From Rebecca billardiae RCC1528 (lineage: Eukaryota; Protista; Haptophyta), in the NCBI GenBank assembly GCA_965240325.2, contig OZ251232.1, positions 1,736,001-1,800,000 of the forward strand: a stretch of 64,000 bases of DNA, written 5' to 3'. Shown in pieces: positions 10,905 to 22,500 of this stretch. How positions within the stretch are numbered: the stretch's first letter is position 1; every line of letters starts with the position of its first letter. The position numbers and the translations under genes were made by a program. The notes below the pieces were generated by a model. The model worked only from the letters and a program-made list of their open reading frames with translations, ran no database searches and was not told the origin of the DNA.

Positions 10905-11855
10905 GCGTGTGCTGCCACATCGAAAGAGGGCCCCTGCGCTAGGTTGTGGCCCCACGCGGCAGCCGCCCGGACATGCCGGACCAGGTCCTGCCGCGGGCCG
11001 CGCGGCCCCGAGCCGCGCGGGCCGGGACCGCTGGGTGGCGCCGCTCGCTGAGCGGCGCGCTCAGCGTCCTGCTCGGTGACAGCACTTGAGTCGGTGAGCG
11101 CGCGGCGAACACGAGCTGCTGCCTGAAACTTTTACGCGTGCAGCGCGCGGCAGCGAAGCGCGGTATAAACGGGTGTGAGGGTGTCGGGCGGACATAGATC
11201 TGATAGTGGCAAGTAGCGACCGTCGGACTCTATGGCGCGGCGGCAGCCACATTATTATGCCCGCGCCATATCTGATCAGTGATCAGATCCGACCGATCAG
11301 TCCATCCGCCCGTGTCCGGCATGGGCCGGCCAGCGGTCAGCGCCCCGCCGCGCCGCAGCAGCGGCCGCGTCTGGGCCGAGGCGCCGCTCCGCGAGTCCGC
11401 GAGGCTCGGTCACCCGCACTCGGCCGCAGCAGTCCCGACTCATCACGCGATATATATATATATCGTCGCGATATATATATGCTGATGATCATCGGAGGAA
11501 TAACGGATATATGGATGACGACGTAACAGTGGTAACTCAGTGGCCCGCGTCGTTCCCGATCAGCAATTATAGTAGATCTACTAATATTACACGGTATAGG
11601 GTAGTCCGTAGAGTCTCAGACCGCCGCCGTCATCAATCATATCGGATCGACATCATCGATGATATCAATTCCGCGTCGTCGAGTTCGTCGGTGCCGCCGC
11701 CAATATTATTTAGTCTTATAATACATCGACAGAGTCGTCATCGGCGGATATCTTCGCCCTCGGCGCGCATGCCGCAGCATATATTGAGCATAATCATCAG
11801 CCGCCGTCAGTGACGAATCGTCCCATCGTCAGGCAAGTCGGCGAGCGCGCGTCGC

Positions 11856-14459
11856 TCATTGCTGCGAATGCTGCCGGCTGACCGTGGTCGGCTCGTCTGC
11901 TGCCACCGTGGCATCACCACCGCTCTTCGTCCGCCTGGCCGCGGTCGCAGTCGCAGCCTGCGCAAAGCCCATCGCGCCGCGCATGCCTCTGATCTCGGCC
12001 TTCATCTCCTGCTCGCGCTCCACGCCCGCGCGGTGCCCGCCGTCGGCCGGACTGGCGGCGAGCAGCGTGCTGCCGCGCCGCGCGCCGCTCGCGCCGCCGT
12101 TCGTCGGCGACGGGAGCAGCGCGTTGCTCTCCGACAGGCTCAGCGTGTCCTGGAGCGCCGCAAAGCCGCCGTTCGCAGAGGCTGTCGGGGAGGGTGCCGC
12201 CACCGAGCCGCTTGGTGAGCGCCGCAGCGCGGGCACGCCGCCGTCGAATCGAGGCCGGTCGGCGTCCTCGAGCAGCGCACCCGCGCGCCTGTACAGCGGC
12301 GACATGGACTCGAGCTCGAGCTGGCCCTCGATCGACGTGTCCAGCTTGATCGTCACCGCCGAGCGGTTGCGCGGGCCGCCGGGCGCAGCCGCTGTCGTCT
12401 CATCACGCTCCACCGTCTCGGCTCGAGTCGTGCGGTCGTTGGCGCGCGTGAGCTTGTGCCCCTGCGAGGCGCAGCGAGCACGGGCGCAATGGGGAGGAGG
12501 ACGGGGCGCGGGGGCGAGGCGGGTCAGGCCGTGCGGGCGGAGTGCCACCGCGCTGCGGAGGCGACGGCGCGCAGACCTGCGGCGGCCGGGTAGCGTGCCG
12601 CAGGCGTTGCGCGCCGCTCTCGCGCGCGTGCGCCGCCGCGCGCCGCGCGCCGCGCGCTCGCGCAGCACCCGCTTGATGGTCGACACAAGGTCAGGCAGGA
12701 GGTCAGTGAGTGTGCCAAAGTGCAGCACGTCGAGGCGGAGCATCACGCACTCGGTGCGCGTGCGCACGGTCGACGTGCGCTTGCCGTACCCGCTCGAGAG
12801 CAGCGCGAACTCGCCGATGCAAGACACGCGCTCGTGCGCCGACAACGTCGCGACACGCACCGGCGGCGCGCCCTCGACCGCGGCGTCGACGAAGACCTCG
12901 ACAACGCCGGTGGCGTGGACGAAGAGGCAGTCGGCGCGATCGCCCTGGTACACGACCACCGAGCCGCGCTCGTAGTGCTCCACCGAGAAGAGCGGCAGCA
13001 GCCGCGGCTCGTTGGCCGCCCGCTCGAACAGCGGGCACTGCGCGAGGTGGCTGCTCACGACAGCAGACTGGCACGCGTCTCGCACAGAGGAGGGGGCGTG
13101 CGCGCGGCCGATGGCGAGGACGAGGCACTCGGAGGTGGCGACGGCCGTGCCGAGCCGCGGGAGCTGGCGCGTGGCGCACCCCTCCTTGCCGAACACCCGC
13201 GGCCGCGACGTCGCCACGCGCCGCTCGTACACGTCTCTCCTGCTGCGCTGGTCAGTGACCACGACTGAGCCCGTCAGCAGTACAGCCATCCAGCTCGCGG
13301 GCGCGCCGTCTCGGTAGATCTTGTGGTCCCGCGGGTAGGTGTGCAGCTCGGCCTCGCTCGCGAGGGCGGCGAGCTCCTCGAGCGAGAGCGCCGAGAAGAG
13401 CGGCACCGCGCGCAGCGCCTCGACCGCCTTCTCCAGCGGCATCTGCGGCTGCGCGTCTGATTGGACGGCCTCGCCCTCCCCCGCCTCGGGCGCGTCCGGC
13501 GGGACTGCGCTCCCTCTCTGCGCGCCGTCGACCGAGCTGAAGCTGCCGTCGCCGTCCGCCTCCGACAGCTCGGCGCCCGAGCGCACGCGCTGCACGCCGC
13601 GCGGCTGCGCCCCACGCTGGCTGGCCGAGCGCTCGCTGCCGAAGCTGCCCGCACCGCCTGCCAACTCGCTGTCCACCGCGTCCGCGTCCGAGGCCGCGGC
13701 CTCGCCGGCGGCCGCCGGCGCGGCTGCGGCGTTGGGCTCCGTGTCGCGGCTGAGCGCGCGCGAGCCGGCGAGGCGCATGCGCGTGACACGCAGTCGACGC
13801 CCGCCCGTCGACTTGGGCGAAGGCGTCAGCGCCACGGCCGCGGCCGCCTCGTCCGTCGCGCCTCGAACTGGGAGGCCGAGGCCGCCGGCGCTCTCGTCCG
13901 CACCCGCGCCCAGGCTGGCGAGGCTGGGCGCGCTCGCGTCGAGCTGGATGCCCATCCCGGTGAAGCTGAGTCGTTTCAGCTGGTCCGCGGTCGTGACCGC
14001 CGCCAAGTGCGAGCGCAGCTCGCTCGTCGCCGCGCCTTGTGTCTGCTGCAGCTGGCGTCGACGGAGCTGCGTAAACATGCTGACGTCAGCGTCGGCGCCG
14101 CCGTCGGCGCCGGCGACGGCGGGGAGCGCGCCATCCCTGGGCTCCGGAGCGGTCACGACGATGCCATGCCTCTCTTGCGCGCCCCCGGTGTCCGCGCGGG
14201 CGCGGAAGACACGCCCTTTCCGCCCCGTCGCGCGAGGGTCCGCGAAGAGGGGAGGCATCGGCTGCCGCCGGATGGCCTGACGCTCGAGCTCGCGCCGCGT
14301 GAGCGCGAGCTGGCGTGAGTAGTCGGGGACGTCCTCTGACGTGAGGGATAGGCTCCGTTTGCGGGGCTGGCGAAGCCGCACGAGCGGGCGCCCCCGTGCG
14401 CCATTGAGCGGCGGCAGTGTGCCGGGTTGGGCTTGTGGGGTGGTGGCGGGAGTCGTCAT
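11856..14459 (-). CDS. Protein with two cyclic-nucleotide-binding domains; probable in-frame intron 12462-12668
   Basis: LRAVPLFSALS...IYRDG...FGKEG...RLGTAVA and CPLFE...VVYQGDRADCLFV...IGEFALL...KRTSTVRTRTEC. An Arg-rich 207-nt segment bounded by GT...CAG is the likely intron. Confidence 0.8.
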   Translation of the reverse strand: MTTPATTPQAQPGTLPPLNGARGRPLVRLRQPRKRSLSLTSEDVPDYSRQLALTRRELERQAIRRQPMPPLFADPRATGRKGRVFRARADTGGAQERHGIVVTAPEPRDGALPAVAGADGGADADVSMFTQLRRRQLQQTQGAATSELRSHLAAVTTADQLKRLSFTGMGIQLDASAPSLASLGAGADESAGGLGLPVRGATDEAAAAVALTPSPKSTGGRRLRVTRMRLAGSRALSRDTEPNAAAAPAAAGEAAASDADAVDSELAGGAGSFGSERSASQRGAQPRGVQRVRSGAELSEADGDGSFSSVDGAQRGSAVPPDAPEAGEGEAVQSDAQPQMPLEKAVEALRAVPLFSALSLEELAALASEAELHTYPRDHKIYRDGAPASWMAVLLTGSVVVTDQRSRRDVYERRVATSRPRVFGKEGCATRQLPRLGTAVATSECLVLAIGRAHAPSSVRDACQSAVVSSHLAQCPLFERAANEPRLLPLFSVEHYERGSVVVYQGDRADCLFVHATGVVEVFVDAAVEGAPPVRVATLSAHERVSCIGEFALLSSGYGKRTSTVRTRTECVMLRLDVLHFGTLTDLLPDLVSTIKRVLRERAARGARRRTRARAARNACGTLPGRRRSARRRLRSAVALRPHGLTRLAPAPRPPPHCARARCASQGHKLTRANDRTTRAETVERDETTAAAPGGPRNRSAVTIKLDTSIEGQLELESMSPLYRRAGALLEDADRPRFDGGVPALRRSPSGSVAAPSPTASANGGFAALQDTLSLSESNALLPSPTNGGASGARRGSTLLAASPADGGHRAGVEREQEMKAEIRGMRGAMGFAQAATATAARRTKSGGDATVAADEPTTVSRQHSQQ

Positions 14460-14579
14460 CGCAGTTCGGAGTGTACAGTAGTACAGTTTAGGCCCTACAG
14501 TTTACTATATATATACGTACCCATACGACTGTACTAAGAAGAGACGTGCGACAGTCATGGCGGCTGCCGCCTGGAGCTG

Positions 14580-16721
14580 ATGGCGGCGCCGCGGCACGTG
14601 CGTGGCCTGCTCGGGGTGGCGGTGGCGCTGAGCGCCGGGCTGCTGCTCATCGCCCCCCTCTCGCGTGACGGCTCGAGCAGTACGGCCGTGCCGTCGACGG
14701 CGTTCGCCGCCCGGGCCGTGACCGTGCCTGCGCACCGGCCTGCACGGCTGACCGCGACGGTGCGGCGCGCGCTCGAGCCCGTACGCTTCCCACCCGACGA
14801 GGCCGGTCCGTCCGAGTCGGCGGACGATCAACTCTTTGCCAACGTCTCCGGGCTGGCGCGCCTCACCACCCGAATGCTCGGCGCCAGCGAGCTCTCGCGC
14901 GCGCTCAAGTGGGCGCCGCGCGGTGCGGACTGCGGCTTTGCGCGGCTCTTTGCAGCGCTGGAGGGCGGCGAGCGCGTCAACGTGGTCGCGCTTGGCGGCT
15001 CCGTCACCACCGGTCTCACGTACGTCCGCTCGGGTGGCACGTGGACCTACCACTCCAAGGTGTGCGCCTGGCTGCAGGCCACCTGGCCGCGCGCGCACGT
15101 TGTGAAGAACAACCTGGGCATTTCGGCCGCGGGGCCGTCGCTGCTCGAGCCGTGCGTCGCGTCGAGGCTGCCGCCGGGCGTGCACCTCGTGCTGCTCGAA
15201 TCCGCCGCGGACTTTTGGTCCGGCTTCGGCGCGCGCGACGACGAGAGCGCCGCGCGTGCGTACGAGCGCCTCCTCCGCCAGCTGCTGCGGCGGCCGAGCG
15301 GCGGCGCCGCGGCCGGGCGCGGCGCTGAGCCGCTGCCACCGCCTGTGGTGCTGGAGGTGGCGACACCGACGTTCTGGGCCGCGTCTGGCGCGGCGTCGAA
15401 GGACTGGCCGCGCAAGGCCATGCGCGCGAGCGGGCGCGACACGCTCACCGCCGCCGAGGCGAGCTTCTCCGAGCACGTCGCCGACCCGCTCGTGCGCCGC
15501 GTCGCCTCGCACTACGACGTGCCGCACGCGCTGCAGCGGGCCGCGTACAACGAGGGGCTGGGCGCGGGCATCGCGCAGGCGGCGGGGGGCGGCAACGAGG
15601 GGCTGGGCGCGGGCATCGCGCAGGCGGCGGGGGGCGGCAACGAGGAGCGGGGTGCGGGCATCGCGCAGGCGGCGGGGGGCGGCAACGAGGAGCGGGGTGC
15701 GGGCATCGCGCAGGCGGCGGCGGGCGGCAACGAGGGGCTGGGCGCGGGCATCGCGCAGGCGGCGGGGGCGGCGCAGCCTGCGCTGGGCGGCGCGGGGGCG
15801 GCTGAGCCGTGGCCTCCGCCCGCGAGCACGGCTGCTGGCACAGCCGCGCTGCTCCGGCTGATGCGAGATCGCGTGCACCCGGCCGGGCTCGGCCACTCGC
15901 ACGCTGCGCAGCTGGCCATCGGGCTGCTCCAGCGCGCGCTGCGCGCATGGGTGGAGGCGGGCGGCGACGGGGGCGCAGCGCACCCGCCATGCGTGCCCGC
16001 CGGCCCGCTGCCTGCGCCCCTGTACACTGCCAACTTCGAGACGCGCGCCACGTGCGCGCGCGCCGAGGCGCTGAGACCGTTGGTGGATGGCACGCGTACG
16101 CGCGGCTTTGCGTACGAGGTCGAGGGCACGCCGACGAACCCGAAGCCGGGGCTCGTGGCGCATGACGCGGGCGCGCGGCTCGCGCTGCGGCTCGACTTCC
16201 CGGCGAGCGAGCCGTCGCGCGCGGGGCCGGACGCAAAGGGCGGCTCGCGCGGGGCGCCGCGGGCGCGCGGCGCGCCCCACGCCGCCGCGCCGACAGCCTT
16301 CTATGCCCAGCTAGGGCTGCTCACGAGCTATGCGGGCGGGCAGGGCCGTGCGAACATCAGCTGCGAGGGCGCGTGCGAGTGCCCCTACTGCCTGCAGCGC
16401 GCGGGCAGCTGCCTCTTCGAGGGGCACATCCGCCGCGGCCCGCGCGTGAGCCTGCCGCAGCAGCTGATGGTGTTTGCACGCCGCCCCAAGGGCTGGGCGC
16501 CTGCCGGTGGCAGCGCGGGCGCAGCACGCGCGGACGGGTCGGCGCCGTGCACAGTCCTGATCGACGTGCTCAACGAGACGAGCAGCGGCGGGCACAAGGT
16601 GAAGCTGACGAGCGTGCTCACGCAGCTGAGCATGGTGGGCATGTGGAAGGAGTTCGACCCGTTCGACGCGCTCGGACCCGGAGCAGCAGGCACCGCCCAT
16701 GATGATGCTGACACTGGATGA
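14580..16721 (+). CDS. SGNH/GDSL hydrolase-like type II membrane or secreted protein
   Basis: N-terminal TM; block I VVALGGSVTTG; NNLGISAAG; C-terminal DRVHP(AGLGH) DxxH motif. Confidence 0.75.
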   Translation: MAAPRHVRGLLGVAVALSAGLLLIAPLSRDGSSSTAVPSTAFAARAVTVPAHRPARLTATVRRALEPVRFPPDEAGPSESADDQLFANVSGLARLTTRMLGASELSRALKWAPRGADCGFARLFAALEGGERVNVVALGGSVTTGLTYVRSGGTWTYHSKVCAWLQATWPRAHVVKNNLGISAAGPSLLEPCVASRLPPGVHLVLLESAADFWSGFGARDDESAARAYERLLRQLLRRPSGGAAAGRGAEPLPPPVVLEVATPTFWAASGAASKDWPRKAMRASGRDTLTAAEASFSEHVADPLVRRVASHYDVPHALQRAAYNEGLGAGIAQAAGGGNEGLGAGIAQAAGGGNEERGAGIAQAAGGGNEERGAGIAQAAAGGNEGLGAGIAQAAGAAQPALGGAGAAEPWPPPASTAAGTAALLRLMRDRVHPAGLGHSHAAQLAIGLLQRALRAWVEAGGDGGAAHPPCVPAGPLPAPLYTANFETRATCARAEALRPLVDGTRTRGFAYEVEGTPTNPKPGLVAHDAGARLALRLDFPASEPSRAGPDAKGGSRGAPRARGAPHAAAPTAFYAQLGLLTSYAGGQGRANISCEGACECPYCLQRAGSCLFEGHIRRGPRVSLPQQLMVFARRPKGWAPAGGSAGAARADGSAPCTVLIDVLNETSSGGHKVKLTSVLTQLSMVGMWKEFDPFDALGPGAAGTAHDDADTG
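15549..15768 (+). repeat. Coding minisatellite, ~5 x 45 bp (NEGLGAGIAQAAGGG)
   Basis: Units at 15549, 15594, 15639, 15684 and 15729; frame preserved. Confidence 0.95.
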
Positions 16722-17194
16722 TCGTACGTGCGCTGATGCGCTGCCTGCTGCCACCGTCACGCGCCCCAGGCCAGTCGTAACGGCGGCCGCACGTGTCACC
16801 CGTGGCGCCAGATGGTCTGTCGACTCGTCGTGCCTGATGTGCACGCAGTCCGACAGACTATGATATATGCATCATGGTCAACGCGACCGATGTCCGATTA
16901 GCCTATATCGCCGGGCAAGCGCCTTAGGCGTAGAATATATAGTACTCTAGAGAGAGAGAGAGACTCTGAGAGGGAGAGAGATTCGGTCTCAGATTGTCGC
17001 GCGGCCGGGGCCCGGGCACTGCCGTGGCGCGCGGCGCAGACAGGCCCGCCGGCCGCCCGCCGCGGGCCGCCGGTCGTCGGCCTCTGTTAGTGAGTGTTAT
17101 ACGACTCAAGGTACTAGGTAGGCAGGTAGCTGTACTAAGCTAGCTTATTCAATCAGAACCGGAGTCGGACAGGTCCGACAGGACCGCACAGCGC

Positions 17195-17740
17195 TCATGA
17201 GCACCGACCGCCCTCGATGGGCACGGCGTTGGGCAGCTCGCCAAAGTCAGCGACGGTGAGGCCTGCGACCACGAGGCCCGCGAGCGCTGCAAGGTACGCC
17301 AGCCCCTCCGCCAGCCCCAACAGACCGAACGGTCCGTTGGGCAGGCCGCGCCCAGTCTTCACCTTGGTGAACACAGACGCGCCGATGATCCCGACAATGG
17401 CGAGGTAGCTCACGCCCTCCACGGCCCCGTACAGCCCAAAGGGGCCCGCCGGCAGGCCGCAGCCGGTTGTTTTGAGCGTGAATTCGGAGACGAAGCACAC
17501 AAGCGACGCGAAAGTGCCCAGCACGCCGTACACGCCCAGCTCAGCACCGCCCTCCTCACCAGAGTCGGAAGCAACGATGATCGAGCCAGCGCGCGCGGGA
17601 GCGGCGCGGAAGGTGGGCAGCGCCGGATGTGCCGCGCGTGGCGAGCCGACAAGCGCCACTCTCGGCCGCGTGAACGCCGCAGCTGGCCGCACGAGACCAA
17701 GTACAACCGCCGCGATGACGAGTGCGCGCATCGTCGTCAT
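17195..17740 (-). CDS. Small plastid-targeted membrane protein, internally duplicated GLPxGPFGLxGxxEGxxYL family of unknown function
   Basis: Signal peptide ending AAA-FTRP (ASAFAP-type bipartite signal); two repeats TGCGLPAGPFGLYGAVEGVSYL and TGRGLPNGPFGLLGLAEGLAYL. Confidence 0.8.
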   Translation of the reverse strand: MTTMRALVIAAVVLGLVRPAAAFTRPRVALVGSPRAAHPALPTFRAAPARAGSIIVASDSGEEGGAELGVYGVLGTFASLVCFVSEFTLKTTGCGLPAGPFGLYGAVEGVSYLAIVGIIGASVFTKVKTGRGLPNGPFGLLGLAEGLAYLAALAGLVVAGLTVADFGELPNAVPIEGGRCS

Positions 17741-18102
17741 CGTCCGATCGCCGGGCACCGCCGTCGCGCCGAGAGTTCCAGATTCTCACGTCCGGCCGCG
17801 ACACGACGACGGCGCCGGACCAAGCCGGCGGTTCCATCGGAGGTCCGATGCAGCTTTCCTGCACGGAAGGCCGCCGATCTTTCAAAATTCGCCGCCGCTT
17901 GGCGTCCACGAGGTCGACGAATGGCACCCAATATGAGAGCGGCAGCCAATGACAGGCGAGATCGCCCGAGAAGCCGGGGCTCTCCAGACTTCAGACTTAC
18001 CCGAACGGCGGCGAACAGTTGGGGAATCGTGAGCCGCCGCGACCGAAACCTTCCTCGTTCGAGCGTCGGGTCCAGGGTTCATCCTCGTGCACGTCGTCGG
18101 AG

Positions 18103-18675
18103 ATGCGCCGCGCAATGTTTACCGCAGTGCCTCGCACAAGCCGTGCACTCTCGAGCGCGAGCGCGTCGTTGTCATCACAGGCGGCGCAGCGCATGGCGCG
18201 CAGCAGCGCGCGGGGACAGTCCACGCTCTCGGCGCAGGCCGCGCACGATTCGAGCCTCGACTTCATTGGTGCGACGCTCCCGGGCGTGTTGGCGGGCTCG
18301 CGGGCGCACGGCGACGTGCCTCCGGCGGCGACGCCGCTCTCCTTGGCCGAGGAGACTGAGCGCTGGCTCGCCCACCGCCGCGCTGCCGAGCATGCCTCGG
18401 ACGGCCTCACCCTGCGCGAAGTGACCGGCCTGAAGCCGACCGGCACCCTCTCGGCGTGGCAGCAGGACTTCTCGACCTCGGCGACGCCGGCGGCGAGCGA
18501 GTCGGCGGAGAGCATCTCGTACGCGTGCGCTGGGCGCCTTGCCCGTCCCCAGCCGGCGAACGCCTCCACCGTCGCGTGGGCCGCCGAGGTCGAGACGTGG
18601 CTCGCGAACAAGCGCGCTGCCGAGGCAGCCACTGACCACATGCTTGCGCAGGAGATGGTCTGGTGGAAGCCATGA
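18103..18675 (+). CDS. Hypothetical 190-aa protein with a mitochondrial-presequence-like N-terminus
   Basis: MRRAMFTAVPRTSRALSSASAS...; internal repeat LAEETERWLAHRRAAE / WAAEVETWLANKRAAE; divergent from the neighbouring gene. Confidence 0.5.
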   Translation: MRRAMFTAVPRTSRALSSASASLSSQAAQRMARSSARGQSTLSAQAAHDSSLDFIGATLPGVLAGSRAHGDVPPAATPLSLAEETERWLAHRRAAEHASDGLTLREVTGLKPTGTLSAWQQDFSTSATPAASESAESISYACAGRLARPQPANASTVAWAAEVETWLANKRAAEAATDHMLAQEMVWWKP

Positions 18676-19553
18676 CGGGGGCGCGCACGCGGCTCGTGCG
18701 CGGGCGCGAGTGCGGGGTGGGTGGGTGGCGGCAGCCGATCTCTCGTCCGCTGCAATCTAGATCGCCAGAGCCCATCATCCGCGTGCCAGTCCGGCCTCCG
18801 GGCCGCAACTAAGGCCATCCGACTGCGGTTGCCAGGCCCGCCGAGTCACTGAGGCCCGCAGGTGGCACAGGGTCGGGTGTCGGGCTCGGCGGTGCGGCCC
18901 GGATGAGCTGCTTACATGGCTCACTCCTAGGCTCAGTCCGAGCCATCAGCTTCATCGGACCAATACCATTCTGCTGTAGATACTCTGCTCACTGCTGCTT
19001 CACTTGAGTTCACTTCGTCAAGAATCAAGTCACAGTTGTACGTCAAGTGACAGTGTCAGTCACAGTGTTCAGCCGAACCCGGCGGCCGCGCGAGTTCTGA
19101 GAGTGAGAATTCACTGATCACTCTCATCACATCATACTGCATCAGCATACTATCATCGCCGGGGTCCCGCCTCCCAGACCCAGTCCCGGCCGTGGCGGCC
19201 GTCCCACAAGTGCCACAAGACGCACAAGTGACCCAACCCACCGGCACCGGGACGGCCGGGACCGGCCCGCGGCCGCGGCCGGGCGGCAGCAGTCCTAGCT
19301 GCAGCAGCGGCAGCCAGCTGACCGTGGCTGAGCCTGAGGCTCCTGGGGCTGAGGCTGCGGCTCGATAAGTCAAGGACGTCGAAGACGGCGGGGCCCTCTC
19401 GCGGGCGTCACCGCTCCCGACCGCGGCCGCGTCCATGGGCCGAGCCCGCCTCCCGGGCCGCGCCGCCGCGAGCGCCCTGGACTCGGTCCAGACCCCCAGC
19501 CGGCCCGGCGCCTGCGGGACCCACACTCTCTTCATCTGGGCGGTCGCCGTCAA

Positions 19554-22500
19554 TCAGCCGACGAAAGTGCCACTCCGCCCCTTGGTCGAGGGGCCCTTGC
19601 GCGGGCGCACGTTGGCCGGGCTGTTGCGAGGCTCGCCCGGCGGCGCCGGCGACGAGCCTGGCCCTGGGCGCCGCTGCTTCTGCTTCTTGCGCGCAGACTC
19701 GCCGCCGTCACGGCCCCCACGGCCGCCGCGGCCCCTGCCGCGCCCGCGGCCGCCGCCGTGCCGCGCCGCCAGCTGCTCAGCGCCAAAGGCGAAATCCTCC
19801 TCCTCGCCCTCCTCGCCCTCCGCGCTGTCGCTCGCCTCCGGCGCCGCGGCGCGCGCCGCGGCTCCGGACGCGGCAGCGCGTCCGCCGGCCCCTGCTGCGC
19901 CGCCATGCTGCGCGCGCTCGTGCGCCGAGGCCGCACCGGCGTCGTGTGCCGGCTCCTCCCGGTCTGGCCTCAGCCAGCCGATGCGCCGCATGAAGTCGGC
20001 GGCGGCCGCGTCCGCCGGGACCTGCATGCCCGCCGCCGCGGGCGAGGCCTTGGGCGCGGCCGCGGTGGTTGTGGCGGCGGCGAGTGCGCGCGAGCCCTGC
20101 GCGCCACCGCCGTACCTCTCAGCGAGCGTCCCGCCGCCTGGCGCGGCCTTGGCCGCGCCGGCGCCGTGCCGACCGCCCCGCCCCGCGTCAGGCGCCGATG
20201 GCTCGGAGGAGGGCACTCCGCCGTCCGCAGCGGCGCGCTTGCGCTTCCCGCCGCCGGCCGCTGCGGGCGCGCCACCGGCGGGCGGCTTCGGGCCGTCAGC
20301 AGACGCGGTCGGCGCAGCCGGCGCCTTGCCCTCTGCGCCCGCGCCTGTGTGAGCTGCGCCCACGCCCGCGGTGCCGGCCGCGTGGCCGCCGGGCCGCGCG
20401 AGGGTTGCGTGTGGCTCGGCGGGCGGCGGGGCGGGCGGCTGCGCCGCGCCGTGCTCGGGCGGAGCCGTCGCCACCTGCCGCGCGCGCAGGGCCCGCCATG
20501 GCGGCTGCAGCTCGAACGAAGCGCGCACCGTGGCCGCCTCCTCCGTGCGCGCGCGAGGCGCGGGTGTGCGCGCCAGCCTCGTGGGCGAGCCGTCTACGCC
20601 TACCCCAGCCGCGCCGGCGGCTGCGAGGACGTGCGTCGTGAGCGTTGATGGCTTGGCGCGCTGGGTGCGCGCGGCGGGCGCGCGCTCGGTGTCAGCGGCC
20701 TGCGCGCCGCCGCCGCGCCGCTGCGGAACGCCGCCGGGAAGGCCCTGCGATGGCGTCAGCATTGACGGCGGCGCGACCGGAAGCAGCAGGCCGCCGCCGC
20801 GCCGCACGCTGTTGCCGGCGTGCGCGCCGCCACCGCTGCGCGCGGCGCTCGGAAGCGCAGCCTCGCCCGCGCCCGCGGCGGCGACCGCGGCCCCGCCGCG
20901 TGCACCGCGCGCGGCCGCGCCCACGGGCTGTGGCGCCGAGGGCTGGGAAGCGGCGTGCACGCCATCCGTGCTCGCGCCATCGGCGGCACCGCCGTCGTCG
21001 CCGTCGCCGCCCACACCCGCCACCGCCTGTGAGATGACTCTCGCGATCTCGTCGGCGTGGGATCGGATGAGCGCGGGCATGGGCGCGCGCGCCGCCCGGC
21101 CCCACGCGCTGTGCAGCTCGTCCGCGCTGGTGGGCGCGTGCACCGCCAGCGAGTGCAGGTGGTGGTTCGCTAACACCGCGTGCGCCGACTCATCCAGTCG
21201 CCGCGCGGCCGCGTCGCGCCACACAAAGAGCGCGCGGTGCGCGCGCATGCTCGGCGCGCTCAGCACGCCCGCGTGCTTGCGCAGCAGCTGCACGTGCTCG
21301 GACGGCTGGAAGGGGACGACCCGGTAACACTGACGGCTCACCTGCGCGGACGCCTGCCACACCGAGCGGAGCAGCCCGCCGCTCGGGTCGGCGGCGTGCA
21401 GCTCGGCGCGCAGCCGGTCGTAACAGTACAGCAGGTAGTGCGTGTCGCTGCGCGCGTACCGCTGCATCTCGGCGGTGAGCGGCCGGAGCCGCCAGTCGGC
21501 AAGCTGGAACTTCTTGTCCGCGTGCACGCCGCAGTAGTGCTGCGCGGGGGCGCGCCGGCCGCGGCGGCGGGACGGCAACGGCGCGGCGCGGCGGTGGCAG
21601 CCGGGTGAGCGCCGCGCGGGCCGCGCTCGCACGCCGACGCCGCGCTGCCTGCCGTCACCGCTCGCCCTCCCTCCGCCCTCGCGCGCGCGCGCGCGCACGC
21701 GAGGGCGCGCGGGCGCGGCGCGGCGCGTTCGGCCGGCGCGCCGTGCTCGCGTGCTCCACACCTTGAGCACGTACGACAGCGAGCGGCTCTGCAGCCCCAG
21801 CGCTTTGGCCGCCTGCCCCGTGTCGAAAAGGCCGACCAAGTACAGGCCGAAATCTCGCTGCAGCCAGATTACGTCCGAGTCGGCGCCATGCAGCACCTGC
21901 TCGGCAGCAGCGGCGGCGGCGGCGGCGGCGGCGGCAGCAGTAGCAGCGGTAGCAGCGGTAGCGGCAGCAGCGGCACCATCGCGCCATCAGGGCGCGTCGG
22001 CGCGTGCCAGCCCAAGCCGGGAGGCCGGCGCGGCGCCGGCGCGCCGTGCGGGCCACGCGCGGTGCGCGCCGCGCGCGCACCTTGGTGATCCGCGGGTTGG
22101 TGAACGGCTCGTTGAGCACGTGCAGCGAGCCGCGCAGCTCGAGCACGTCCACGAGGAAGTCCTCGGACCGCGTCGAGATCTGCAGCAGGCAAGTAAAACC
22201 TCGGTACGAGTGCAGCGAGTGGTGCTCGAGGTCGACGGCGATCTCGGGGGCGGCGTTGAGCGCGGCGAGCAGCGCGTCGAGGCCGGCCTCGTCGCGCACC
22301 CACGTGCACGGCGTCTCGTGCAGCGGGCGGTACAGCTGCGGCTCGGGCGCGGCCAGCTGCGCTCCCAGTGGCTCAAAGCTACCCACCTCAGTATCGTACG
22401 GGTGGCCAAACGCATAAGCGGACGCGGTGTTCGGCCCGCCCGCCGCGCCGCCGGTGAGGCCGAGCTCGCTGGCGTGCGCGCGGAGCATCGCCGCGCGCTG

